Both the position numbers and the translations under genes were made by a program. Positions 29,449 through 38,418 of a stretch of 64,000 nt of DNA are shown piece after piece. Position 1 is the stretch's first letter. Every line of letters begins with the position of its first letter. The DNA is from an uncultured Clostridium sp. (GTDB lineage Bacteria > Bacillota > Clostridia > Lachnospirales > Lachnospiraceae): assembly GCA_947178475.1 (NCBI GenBank), contig CAMWYM010000003.1:3358-67357 (forward strand), in the 5' to 3' direction. Below the pieces are notes generated by a model. The model saw only the letters and a program-made list of their open reading frames with translations. It made no database searches and was not told the origin of the DNA.

Positions 29449-31668
29449 TTATCTGCGGTTTTCATTATCCCAGAAATATACGACAACAGGATCTCCTATA
29501 TCAAAATTATTGTATATTTCCTTTGCCAGATCATAGGGAAGATTGACACATCCATGAGAGCCACTGTAATAATAAATGCTCCCACCATACTGGCTTCTCC
29601 AGCCTGCTGCATCGTGCAGACCAATGCCACCGTTAAAGGGCATCCAGAAAGTAACTGGCGATTCGTATTCGTATTCCATAGTCGTCTCCTGAACCTGGAC
29701 CTTCTTTCCCTTCTTTCCCTTCTTTGTCACTGTTTTTGTCTTTGGCACTTTCTCACCCCGTAAAACTGCCGGACTTTGCTTTCCCTGAATTGCATATAAT
29801 CCGATACAGGTTCCGTTACCGGTTGCCTCCTTGCCGGACACACAATCTCCCTCAGCAATCTTTTTACCATTCTTATAAGCAATGACATGCTGCTCCGAAA
29901 GATTTACCTCCACATATGTATTTCCAATATCGTTATCTCCCTGTAAAGTATAACCTTTATTATCAAATACTGCTTCCACCGTAGCCGCCTTACCTGCATT
30001 CAATGCCTTAAACAATGCATCCGTGGTTTTTTCCTGATTCAGTTCATAACCAAAGGCCTCGCCTAGAACCTCCACCTTGCGACTATTAAAAGAAGAAATA
30101 AATGTACGCTCAGTACCAAGTGTATCATACTCCTTAGCCAAAGCTGCTACATATTTCTGCACCTTGCTTTTTGAAATTTTATATGAATCCCCACTTTTTT
30201 CCAGCACTTCATCATATAATTCCATTCCTGGTTCCAATGTCAAATCATCCATTTGAAGCTTAATCTCATTTTCTCCATAAACATTCTTTGCTTCATATTC
30301 CTTTTGAAGCTGCTCATCCGTATCATAAACCTTCGGAAAATCATAGCAAGCCGCCTCAACTAAATCCAGCTTTGACTGTACCAGCTTCAGACTACTCTCA
30401 ACTGCCTTCTTAAATTCTTCCTCCTTCAGTGTGTTTCCCATTACCTCTTTGACAATAGTAAACCTACCGTTCTCCACACCTACATAGGCATCCTCCGGTG
30501 CAACCATTTCTTTTTTCTCTAAAATGTCCATCTCATCAAACTCGCCATCAAGCAAAGCCTCATTCCAAGAAGCATCCGCACCAATCTCAAAATCGTGATG
30601 CTCCATTATATTCACAAACCAAAGATACGTTTTTTGTGCATTAAAGCACTTCTCAAATTCATCATGAAGGGATACCTCCATAGCGATATCCTTACCATCG
30701 ATTACTACCTCGCTGCCGTCCACTGTAATTAAGGTTAATTTATAGTCCTGATAAAAACGGTTCAACACCGTACCCGCATCTGTTTTATTCATATTCGACA
30801 CATCAACGCCATTAATTGCGGCATCAGGATAAAAATGAGCAGAGAAATATACAAATCCCCAAATATAGGCAATCAAAAGAAGCGCCGCCACTGTTCCGAA
30901 AACGCCGGCAACTATTTTTTTGCTATTTGAAGAATTTGCTTTCAAGTCTGCCTTGTCTATTTTCATCGGTTCGGAATCCTCCACCGGCATATCATCAGCC
31001 TTGGATTTATCCTCACTATCCTTAGAATCCTTATCTTTCTCTTTAGATTTATCCTCACTACCCTTAGAAATCTTATCTTCTTCCTTAGGCTTTTCCTCGC
31101 TATCCTTAGAAATCTTATCTTCTTCCTCAGACTTCTTCTCATTCTCCTTAGAATTCTTATCTTTCTCTTTAAACTTATCTTCACTACCCTTAGAAGCCTT
31201 ATCTTCTTCCTCAGACTTCTTCTCATCTTCCTTGGAAGTCTTATCTTTCTCCTTAGACTTTTCCTCACTATCCTTGGAAGTCTTATCTTTCTCCTTAGAC
31301 TTTTCCTCACTACCCTTAGAAGCCTTATCTTCTTCCTCAGACTTCTTCTCATCCTCCTTGGAAGTCTTATCTTTCTCCTTGGATTTCTCCCCACTATCCT
31401 CAGCAGCCTTGTCCTTTGTCTCCAGCTTTTCTTTATTGTTTTCTAAATACTCCGATTTTTCTTCTTTGTAACCTTCCTCATTTCCCTTATCGCTCTCTGA
31501 CTTCTCTTCTTTTTTCTCAGAAAGTGACACCTCTTTCCCACCTATATCCTGTTTTTTGGCATTTTTATTACGAAGCTCGTCAAAATCCGTAATTTCATCC
31601 GTATTCTCGGACATTTCAACTCTTCCCTCCTGTGTTACTTCCTGATTATTTCTTTTCTTTTTGCTCAT
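29449..31668 (-). CDS. L,D-transpeptidase (YkuD domain) with a K/E/D/S-rich repetitive N-terminal region
   Basis: The C-terminal catalytic motif is ..GIGLHDA..YGGSIYYYSGSHGCVNL.. There is a central TM helix (VAGVFGTVAALLLIAYIWGFVYF). The ATG at 31668 follows aggag. Confidence 0.85.
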   Translation of the reverse strand: MSKKKRNNQEVTQEGRVEMSENTDEITDFDELRNKNAKKQDIGGKEVSLSEKKEEKSESDKGNEEGYKEEKSEYLENNKEKLETKDKAAEDSGEKSKEKDKTSKEDEKKSEEEDKASKGSEEKSKEKDKTSKDSEEKSKEKDKTSKEDEKKSEEEDKASKGSEDKFKEKDKNSKENEKKSEEEDKISKDSEEKPKEEDKISKGSEDKSKEKDKDSKDSEDKSKADDMPVEDSEPMKIDKADLKANSSNSKKIVAGVFGTVAALLLIAYIWGFVYFSAHFYPDAAINGVDVSNMNKTDAGTVLNRFYQDYKLTLITVDGSEVVIDGKDIAMEVSLHDEFEKCFNAQKTYLWFVNIMEHHDFEIGADASWNEALLDGEFDEMDILEKKEMVAPEDAYVGVENGRFTIVKEVMGNTLKEEEFKKAVESSLKLVQSKLDLVEAACYDFPKVYDTDEQLQKEYEAKNVYGENEIKLQMDDLTLEPGMELYDEVLEKSGDSYKISKSKVQKYVAALAKEYDTLGTERTFISSFNSRKVEVLGEAFGYELNQEKTTDALFKALNAGKAATVEAVFDNKGYTLQGDNDIGNTYVEVNLSEQHVIAYKNGKKIAEGDCVSGKEATGNGTCIGLYAIQGKQSPAVLRGEKVPKTKTVTKKGKKGKKVQVQETTMEYEYESPVTFWMPFNGGIGLHDAAGWRSQYGGSIYYYSGSHGCVNLPYDLAKEIYNNFDIGDPVVVYFWDNENRR
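30985..31400 (-). repeat. In-frame tandem repeats (~84 bp) encoding a K/E/D/S-rich array
   Basis: EKSKEKDKTSKEDEKKSEEEDKASKGSE occurs twice exactly, plus several diverged units. This repetition accounts for the long alternative-frame ORFs in the track. Confidence 0.85.
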
Positions 31669-31678
31669 TTCTGCACTC

Positions 31679-32569
31679 CTATATGTTTTCCTGATACAAG
31701 ACAACGGATACGATTTCCGGCAAATTATTCACACGGAATTTGAATGTGTGATTTCCCAGACCGCCACTTAGTATCATATTTTTATTCTTGCTGGTAAACA
31801 ACCCTTTATCATATTGGGGAAAGAAATGTATCATCGGGGACAATACACCACCTAACAGAGGAAGATATATCATTCCGCCATGTACATGACCGGAAAAGGT
31901 CAGGTTTGCTCCCCATGCCGCATAATCCTCAAAATAGTCCGGATTATGAGCCATTAAAATATGGTATTCCTCCGGATTACATTTCCCAAAGAGGGAAGAC
32001 AGATAATCCGCCGGCATCGGCATATGAATCAGTCTCTTATACATCTGTGGTGTGAGGCTTAAACCATACAGCCAAACCTTATCATTCCCTTTATGGATTA
32101 GTGTTTTTTCATCCAATAAAAGGTGAACCTCAGGCAGAAGGCTTTTGGAAAATTTTTCCCACATATCACCGTAGACATCAGTGTAAAGACTTGCCCTCAA
32201 TTCATGATTCCCCATACTGAAATATACCGGTGCAATATCACTGAGTGCATTCACCGTATCCACTGCAATATCCACCGGTTCACTCGGTCTGCCGATAATC
32301 ATATCTCCTGTAATTAATATTATATCTGGTTGTAATTCCTTTATTCTGTGAATTAACTCTTCATTGTTCTCTCCGAAAGAGACATTGTGTAAATCCGACA
32401 CCTGAACAATGTGATATCCATTAAATTCCTTAGGAATCAATGCATCCTTAATCTGATATCTCGTAACCATCAGCCTTCTGTTTTCAACGTAACTAATGAT
32501 TAATACCAGAAAAAGACATACAACACCTAGTATACAAAGAATTGTCAATATATTCAAGTAAAATTTCAT
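31679..32569 (-). CDS. Calcineurin-like metallophosphoesterase (YkuE-like), membrane-anchored
   Basis: 296 aa with ..QVSDLHN.., ..ITGDMI.., ..GNHE.. and ..SGHVHGG.. motifs. Confidence 0.8.
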   Translation of the reverse strand: MKFYLNILTILCILGVVCLFLVLIISYVENRRLMVTRYQIKDALIPKEFNGYHIVQVSDLHNVSFGENNEELIHRIKELQPDIILITGDMIIGRPSEPVDIAVDTVNALSDIAPVYFSMGNHELRASLYTDVYGDMWEKFSKSLLPEVHLLLDEKTLIHKGNDKVWLYGLSLTPQMYKRLIHMPMPADYLSSLFGKCNPEEYHILMAHNPDYFEDYAAWGANLTFSGHVHGGMIYLPLLGGVLSPMIHFFPQYDKGLFTSKNKNMILSGGLGNHTFKFRVNNLPEIVSVVLYQENI

Positions 32570-32639
32570 TGGTATTCCCCTCGTTCTATTTTTCGGTTGT
32601 CTCCAGCCGTACCAGACGTATAATTAATGCTGGATTTCC

Positions 32640-34013
32640 TTATTGTTGAAGAGTAACACAGGACACATTTAGATACTGATATAGGATTTTTTGCAGGGCA
32701 TTCCAATATTTTTGTTCCTCTACTTCTTCTAAGGAAATAATGTTGACTCCCCCAAGCGGAGTACCATTTAGCTCATACTCCATTCTGGCAACCATCTCTC
32801 CACTCTTAATCGGTGCCACATCTTTTGTGACAACCAGCTTCTTTGTCACTTCACCTGCACTGGCATTTCCGATAAACACATAGCTGAAATTGTTTTCTGC
32901 TTTGACAGAGACTTGATTTTTTACCCCACCGGTAATATCAATCCGGTCATTACCATCCAGCACACTGCTGTCTTCATATATATTACAGTTTGCAAACCCA
33001 TAATCCAGCAGTTTTGCAGCATCAGAATACCGAATATCCTTGGTCTTTGATCCCATTACTACAGCAATCAATGTAGTCCCGTTTCTCGTTGCCGTAGCTG
33101 ACATGGAAAAACCAGCCGCTGAGGTATAACCGGTTTTTAAACCGTTAGCTCCCTCATACTTTTTCAAAAATTTATTTGTACTAGCCAGCCCAAATTCAGA
33201 ATCACCTCTCCTTGTATGATGTACAATCGTGTCCATCCAAATGGTGGTGTAATTAAGCACCTCCGGATGCTTTAACAAAAGCTCTCTGGAGAGAATAGCA
33301 ATATCTCTAGCACTCATCACATGTCCCTTAGCCTCCAAGCCACAGGCATTAGCAAAGCTTGTGTTATTCATTCCAAGCTCTTTTGCTTTTTCATTCATCA
33401 TTGCCACAAATGCTTCCTCACTTCCGGCAATAGCTTCACCAATAGCCACAGCTGCATCATTGGCGGAGGATATAATCATACATTTCAGCATATCTTCAAC
33501 AGACTGCGTTTCTCCTACCTCAAGATATACCTGACTCCCTCCCATGCTTGCAGCATGCTCGGAAACCGTTATCATTCCATCTAAGCTCAACTGTCCGGAG
33601 GAAATAGCATCAAATGCCAGCAGCATTGTCATAATTTTGGTTACAGAAGCCGGTCGTCTGGCAGTATCTGCATCTTTTTCAAAAATAACCTGACCACTGT
33701 TTAGCTCCATTAACAAAGCAGAAGGAGATTCGATATTCAAAGCTCCTGTAGCATTTCCCTCCACTGTGGTACTGTTTTCAGTAGAGGCCGCTTCTGAGGA
33801 ACCGTCTGTATTCTGATTATCTACAGCTGCCGCATCGATTGCTTCATCCTCCTCACCGGTGTTTGTCTCTTCACTTCCCTGCTGTCCGTTATCCTCTGTT
33901 ATATTTTCCTGCGTATCTGTAGTATTACCGTTTTCTGTCCCATATACCGGTACTGCCGGAGCAACGCACAATAAAACGGTCAAAATAACACTAAGCAAAA
34001 CTCGTTTCTTCAC
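32640..34013 (-). CDS. D-alanyl-D-alanine carboxypeptidase (PBP5-type, with C-terminal beta domain)
   Basis: 457 aa with a signal peptide, a low-complexity linker, and ASVTKIMT (SxxK), SSANDAA and KTGYTS motifs. GTG start. Confidence 0.85.
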   Translation of the reverse strand: MKKRVLLSVILTVLLCVAPAVPVYGTENGNTTDTQENITEDNGQQGSEETNTGEEDEAIDAAAVDNQNTDGSSEAASTENSTTVEGNATGALNIESPSALLMELNSGQVIFEKDADTARRPASVTKIMTMLLAFDAISSGQLSLDGMITVSEHAASMGGSQVYLEVGETQSVEDMLKCMIISSANDAAVAIGEAIAGSEEAFVAMMNEKAKELGMNNTSFANACGLEAKGHVMSARDIAILSRELLLKHPEVLNYTTIWMDTIVHHTRRGDSEFGLASTNKFLKKYEGANGLKTGYTSAAGFSMSATATRNGTTLIAVVMGSKTKDIRYSDAAKLLDYGFANCNIYEDSSVLDGNDRIDITGGVKNQVSVKAENNFSYVFIGNASAGEVTKKLVVTKDVAPIKSGEMVARMEYELNGTPLGGVNIISLEEVEEQKYWNALQKILYQYLNVSCVTLQQ

Positions 34014-34118
34014 TGAAAGCTACCCATAATCTCTTTCTTACAGTGTATTAAAATCCATTTAAATTTATTCATTTTGCAGGTATTATTCATCGATATCTCT
34101 GGCAATTAAAATTATCTG

Positions 34119-35501
34119 TTACAAATCCTCTTTTGTAATTACCTCATACACAATCTTATTGTCTGTCGTTCTTTCCTTTGACAACGTATAAGCCCTGACA
34201 AACCGGTCTTTAGCTTCTTTAAGCTTATCCTCGTCATTTGCATATAAAACAGCAATCACATCATCTCTGCCTATTTCATCCCCTAAATGCTTTTTCAGAT
34301 GAATACCAACTGTCAGGTCAATAACACTGTCTTTCGTCTGTCTGCCACCGCCCATAATAAGAGAAGTCATCCCGATTTCCTGATTATCACAGGAAGAAAG
34401 ATATGCCTTATCCATATCAGACATAGCACTGATCCATGCAGAATCTCCACTGCTATTAACCACCTCTACCAGCAAATCCTTTCCGGTAATCACTTCGACA
34501 ATTCCAGCCTTTTCAAATCGCTCCGTATCCTCCAAACAGCTGATATCTCCACCCTGAGCCGCCACAAATTCCTTTAATTTCGCAAAGGCCTCGCCTGAAG
34601 ATATCGCATTTTCAATTAATTCTAAAGCTTCATCCTCAAAGGCAGCTCTCTTTGCCGCCAAAAGCATATGACAGGCAAGAGCTTTGGAAACCTCCATCAG
34701 CCGCTTCTCTCCATTACCCTTAAGACATTCTACAGCCTCTATCACCTCTAAGATATTTCCCACCGCATTACCTAATGGTTCATTCATATCCGTGATAACT
34801 GCAATCGTTTCTCTGCCAGACAGTGTTCCTATTGCCACCATGGTCTTGGCCAGCAGCCTGGCATCTTCCAATGTTTTCATAAAGGCGCCTGTACCAACTT
34901 TGACATCCAGTACAATTGCATCTGCACCTGCCGCCAGCTTTTTACTCATTATACTTGCAGCAATCATCGATACATTTTCAACCGTTGCCGTAACATCCCG
35001 AAGTGCATAAATCTTTTTATCTGCCGGGGCAAGATTGGCAGTCTGACCTACTATAGACAACCCCACACGGTTCACCTGACTGATAAAATCCTCCTCTGAA
35101 ATCCCGGTTTGAAATCCCGGTATACCCTCCAGCTTATCAATAGTACCTCCTGTGTGTCCTAGACCTCTTCCGCTCATTTTGGCAACCGGAACACCAAGAC
35201 TTGCCAGAATGGGACCGATAATCAGACTTGTCTTATCTCCCACCCCTCCGGTAGAATGCTTATCAACCTTGATTCCTTCAATGGCAGACAAATCTAAACG
35301 GTCACCGCTGTCAGCCATGGCCAAGGTAAGCTCGGTGGTTTCCTTATGATTCATTCCCTGAAAATATACCGCCATCAAAAATGCAGCCATCTGATAGTCA
35401 GGAATGGCTCCGGCGGTAAAGCCGTCCACAAGATAACCAATTTCTTCTCTGTCAAGAATACCACCATCTCTTTTTTTCATAATAATGTCGCATGTATTCA
35501 T
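34119..35501 (-). CDS. pdp: Pyrimidine-nucleoside (thymidine) phosphorylase
   Basis: MNTCDIIMKKRDGG.., ..DKHSTGGVGDKTSL.., ..SGRGLGHTGGTIDKLE.. The ATG at 35501 follows ggggaggaag. The track's 26-aa N-terminal extension is a translation of the repeat element. Confidence 0.9.
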   Translation of the reverse strand: MNTCDIIMKKRDGGILDREEIGYLVDGFTAGAIPDYQMAAFLMAVYFQGMNHKETTELTLAMADSGDRLDLSAIEGIKVDKHSTGGVGDKTSLIIGPILASLGVPVAKMSGRGLGHTGGTIDKLEGIPGFQTGISEEDFISQVNRVGLSIVGQTANLAPADKKIYALRDVTATVENVSMIAASIMSKKLAAGADAIVLDVKVGTGAFMKTLEDARLLAKTMVAIGTLSGRETIAVITDMNEPLGNAVGNILEVIEAVECLKGNGEKRLMEVSKALACHMLLAAKRAAFEDEALELIENAISSGEAFAKLKEFVAAQGGDISCLEDTERFEKAGIVEVITGKDLLVEVVNSSGDSAWISAMSDMDKAYLSSCDNQEIGMTSLIMGGGRQTKDSVIDLTVGIHLKKHLGDEIGRDDVIAVLYANDEDKLKEAKDRFVRAYTLSKERTTDNKIVYEVITKEDL

Positions 35502-35516
35502 ATCTTCCTCCCCAGC

Positions 35517-35620
35517 TTTTGTAACCAATTTTGCTCTGCAAACTCCGTTTGTTGCAATAGTCGCCAAATGTGTGTGCAAGCACTCACGCTTGGCTCGTTA
35601 TTCGCACAAATTGATTGCCT
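35517..35620. repeat. Intergenic repeat family, copy A
   Basis: About 80% identical over 65 nt to 41465-41529 by my hand alignment. It shares ttttgtaaccaatttt with 53922-53937 and 54147-54160, and shares the motifs agtcgccaaatgt and cttggctcgtt, in inverted form, with 52640-52676. Confidence 0.7.
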
Positions 35621-35712
35621 GCTTGCCCGCCATCACGAAGTGATTTTCATGCACGTGATACCTTAAACAAGTGATTTTTAATGCGGGCAATTCCCGTCTC
35701 GTAAATTTTCAT

Positions 35713-36504
35713 TTACAGTATCACCTTCACCGGACATTTATCCCTGCATATTCCACAATGGGTACACTTATCCTGATTAATATGGGCAATATTATTCTCC
35801 ACAGTAATAGCATCTGCAGGACAGTTTCTCGCACATAGACCGCATCCGATGCAGCCTGCCTGACAGACTTTTTTCACTTCAACTCCCTTGTCACGTGAAC
35901 TGCATTTCACATGGCATGGCGCCTCCTCCGGAACCAGTTCAATCAAATGCATCGGACACTCCGCCACACATTTCCCACAGGCCTTACACTTTTCCGGATT
36001 AACAACAGCAATTCCATCAACAATATCTATGGCGTCAAAAGGACAAACTCTCTTGCAGTTTCCGTAACCAATACAACCGTATGTACATGCCTTTGCACCG
36101 CCTCCCGGATTATTTAATGCAAGTCTGCAGTCATAAGGTCCTACATATTCATAATTATCCTTTGCCACATCACAGGTTCCAGCACACTTCACATAGGCAG
36201 TCATCTTAACCTGCTCATCTGCCTTTACTCCCATAATTCCGGCAATTTTGTCCGCACATACCGAACCGCCCACTGGACAGCCGTTTACCGGTGCCTCGCC
36301 CTTTGCTATCGCTGCTGCTAAGCCGTCACACCCCGGAAAGCCACATCCGCCACAATTATTACCCGGCAGACATTCCCTTACCGCAGTTTCTCTCTCATCC
36401 ACCTCTACGGCAAACCGTTCACCTGCGATTCCCAACAATATTCCTATAATGACACCGGTTCCTCCAACCATCGCCGCCGCCAATATAATTGATACAATAC
36501 TCAT
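35713..36504 (-). CDS. rnfB: Rnf complex subunit B (polyferredoxin)
   Basis: 263 aa with an N-terminal anchor and multiple CxxCxxCxxxCP clusters. It is the last gene of the rnfCDGEAB order. Confidence 0.9.
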   Translation of the reverse strand: MSIVSIILAAAMVGGTGVIIGILLGIAGERFAVEVDERETAVRECLPGNNCGGCGFPGCDGLAAAIAKGEAPVNGCPVGGSVCADKIAGIMGVKADEQVKMTAYVKCAGTCDVAKDNYEYVGPYDCRLALNNPGGGAKACTYGCIGYGNCKRVCPFDAIDIVDGIAVVNPEKCKACGKCVAECPMHLIELVPEEAPCHVKCSSRDKGVEVKKVCQAGCIGCGLCARNCPADAITVENNIAHINQDKCTHCGICRDKCPVKVIL

Positions 36505-36517
36505 ATCGTATTCCCCC

Positions 36518-37093
36518 TCACTTAATCAGACCGGAAAAACCGAAAAATGCCATCGCCATCAAACCGGCAGTTATCAGTACAATAGGTGTTCCTCTGAATG
36601 ATTCGGGAATATCATTATATTCTATCTTCTCCCGAATTCCCGCCATGATGACAATCGCCACGGTGAAACCTGCTGCCGTACCAAAACCGTTTAACACAGA
36701 CTCAATAAAACCATAGGATTTCTGAACATTGATAAGTGCCACCCCAAGCACCGCACAGTTAGTGGTGATCAAAGGCAGATATACACCCAGTGCAGAATAC
36801 AGTGCCGGAACACATTTTTTAAGAAACATTTCCACAAACTGAACTAGTGCTGCAATTACCAAAATAAACACAATAGTCTGCAGATAGGTAATGTCCAGCG
36901 GCGTTAAAATAAACGTATAGATAAGGCTTGCCACAGCAGAGGCAATAGTAATGACAAAGATAACAGCCCCTCCCATACCTGCTGCTGTATTGACCTTCTT
37001 TGATACTCCGATAAAGGGACAAAGCCCCAAAAACTGGCTTAATACCACATTATTGACCAGCGCGGCTCCCACCGCAATCAAAAATAAATTCAT
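36518..37093 (-). CDS. rnfA: Rnf complex subunit A
   Basis: 191 aa, polytopic, RnfA/NqrE-like. Its start overlaps the rnfE stop by 4 nt. Confidence 0.9.
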   Translation of the reverse strand: MNLFLIAVGAALVNNVVLSQFLGLCPFIGVSKKVNTAAGMGGAVIFVITIASAVASLIYTFILTPLDITYLQTIVFILVIAALVQFVEMFLKKCVPALYSALGVYLPLITTNCAVLGVALINVQKSYGFIESVLNGFGTAAGFTVAIVIMAGIREKIEYNDIPESFRGTPIVLITAGLMAMAFFGFSGLIK

Positions 37094-37812
37094 TGCTCTG
37101 CCTCCTTTTCTTTCTTAACACTTTCCTCCGTAAAGGTTCTTCCGCCGCACAGAGTATTGGTACAGCCTGCACAGCTGTTCTCCCTTTCACAGACCGAAAT
37201 TGCATTTCCCTGCCTCTTTGCTCTGTTAATCCTCACCTTATTCTGCACCGCGATTAGACAGGCGAGAACAAAAAATGCTCCCGGTGCAAGAATCAAAATC
37301 GTAACCGGCTCATAAGCCGAAGGCATCAGCCTTGCTCCAAAAATTGTACCATTTCCGAAAATCTCACGAAAAATTCCGATTAGCGTAAGTCCGATAGTAA
37401 AGCCCAGACCCATACCGATTCCGTCAAACATAGACAACCAGACATTATTTTTTGATGCGTAGCTTTCTGCCCTGCCGAGAATAATGCAATTTACAACAAT
37501 CAATGGAATATAGATTCCCAGACTGTCGTACAGGGAAGGAACAAAACCCTGCAGCAAAAACTGTACAATAGTGACAAATGATGCAACAATTACGATATAA
37601 GACGGAATACGCACCTTATCCGGAATAACCTTTCGCAATGCAGATATCATCATATTGCTCAACACCAGAATAACCGTGGTGGTAAGTCCCATTCCCAATC
37701 CATTTATGGCAGATGTGGTAACTGCCATGGTAGGACACATCCCCAGCATCTGTACAAAGGTCGGATTCTCGGTGACAATACCACATTTTAAACGTTCAAC
37801 TGTTTTATTCAT
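37090..37812 (-). CDS. rnfE: Rnf complex subunit E
   Basis: 240 aa, polytopic, RnfE/NqrD-like, with a C-terminal Cys-rich tail. Confidence 0.9.
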   Translation of the reverse strand: MNKTVERLKCGIVTENPTFVQMLGMCPTMAVTTSAINGLGMGLTTTVILVLSNMMISALRKVIPDKVRIPSYIVIVASFVTIVQFLLQGFVPSLYDSLGIYIPLIVVNCIILGRAESYASKNNVWLSMFDGIGMGLGFTIGLTLIGIFREIFGNGTIFGARLMPSAYEPVTILILAPGAFFVLACLIAVQNKVRINRAKRQGNAISVCERENSCAGCTNTLCGGRTFTEESVKKEKEAEQ

Positions 37813-37824
37813 GAATTCTCCCCC

Positions 37825-38418
37825 CTATTCCAATGTACGGATAAAATATAATCCTGCATTGACACCATTAGTCACTGCATTAGTAGTAATCGTAGCTCCA
37901 GATAATGCATCTATTTCATTCTCTGCCGAAGCACCGTTTTTCGTATAGATAAAGCTCTCTACCTTTTTGGCGGAAAACTGATTCTTAAACTCATCTTCTG
38001 TTGCTTTCATTCCAAGCCCTGCAGTCTCCCCTATGGATAAAAAGGAAATTCCGTTTAATGTACCATCGGCTGTCACCCCCATGGCAAATCGAATGTCCCC
38101 GCCATAGCCCTCATGATCCGTTACCGTCAGCACATAGCCCATCGTATTTCCTGATTTATCCAGTACCTTCAACGCTTCATCAATGGAGGCATCTAAGCCC
38201 TGACGGTTCAATTCCTCCTCGGTTTCTTTTTTCTTTACGCTAATTTCCTCAAAAGAATCGGCCTCCTTAAATACCTTTGCATAAGCCTCCTCCTTGGCTC
38301 TTAGCTGTTCCTTGGCTATCGGCTCCTTCGTCACCTCATAGACCACGCCCAGCAAAATACCAGCAATCACCGTGATTAACGCTAGAGAAATCGTATTTTT
38401 GATGGCTTCATTACTCAT
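37825..38418 (-). CDS. rnfG: Rnf complex subunit G (FMN-binding)
   Basis: N-terminal TM helix and the flavinylation motif ..DALSGATITTNAV.. The ATG at 38418 overlaps the rnfD stop. Confidence 0.9.
   Translation of the reverse strand: MSNEAIKNTISLALITVIAGILLGVVYEVTKEPIAKEQLRAKEEAYAKVFKEADSFEEISVKKKETEEELNRQGLDASIDEALKVLDKSGNTMGYVLTVTDHEGYGGDIRFAMGVTADGTLNGISFLSIGETAGLGMKATEDEFKNQFSAKKVESFIYTKNGASAENEIDALSGATITTNAVTNGVNAGLYFIRTLE

Noticed and set aside
30920-31471. 183-aa plus-strand and 143-aa minus-strand ORFs with serine/leucine-rich or arginine/lysine-rich periodic sequence
   Set aside because: These are alternative frames of the K/E/D/S repeat array of the L,D-transpeptidase gene. The repeats keep all frames open.
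35518-35534. CcpA cre site or other palindromic operator in ttgtaaccaattttgc
   Set aside because: Only one half-site (TGTAACC) fits the cre consensus. The central CG and the second half-site are missing.
35502-35579. N-terminal extension of pdp (MHTHLATIATNGVCRAKLVTKAGEED...) and similar extensions of rnfC (to 40822), mgsA (to 10779), mreC, miaA, rsmF, cobW and the flippase in the ORF track
   Set aside because: The extensions lack an RBS, often begin at non-ATG codons, and overlap upstream genes or translate the repeat element. Internal ATGs with good Shine-Dalgarno sequences match the conserved family N-termini.
35621-35712. Riboswitch, T-box or PyrR attenuator upstream of pdp
   Set aside because: I found no T-box sequence, specifier-loop layout, PyrR binding-loop motif or terminator/antiterminator alternative. 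It is kept only as an unexplained structured segment.
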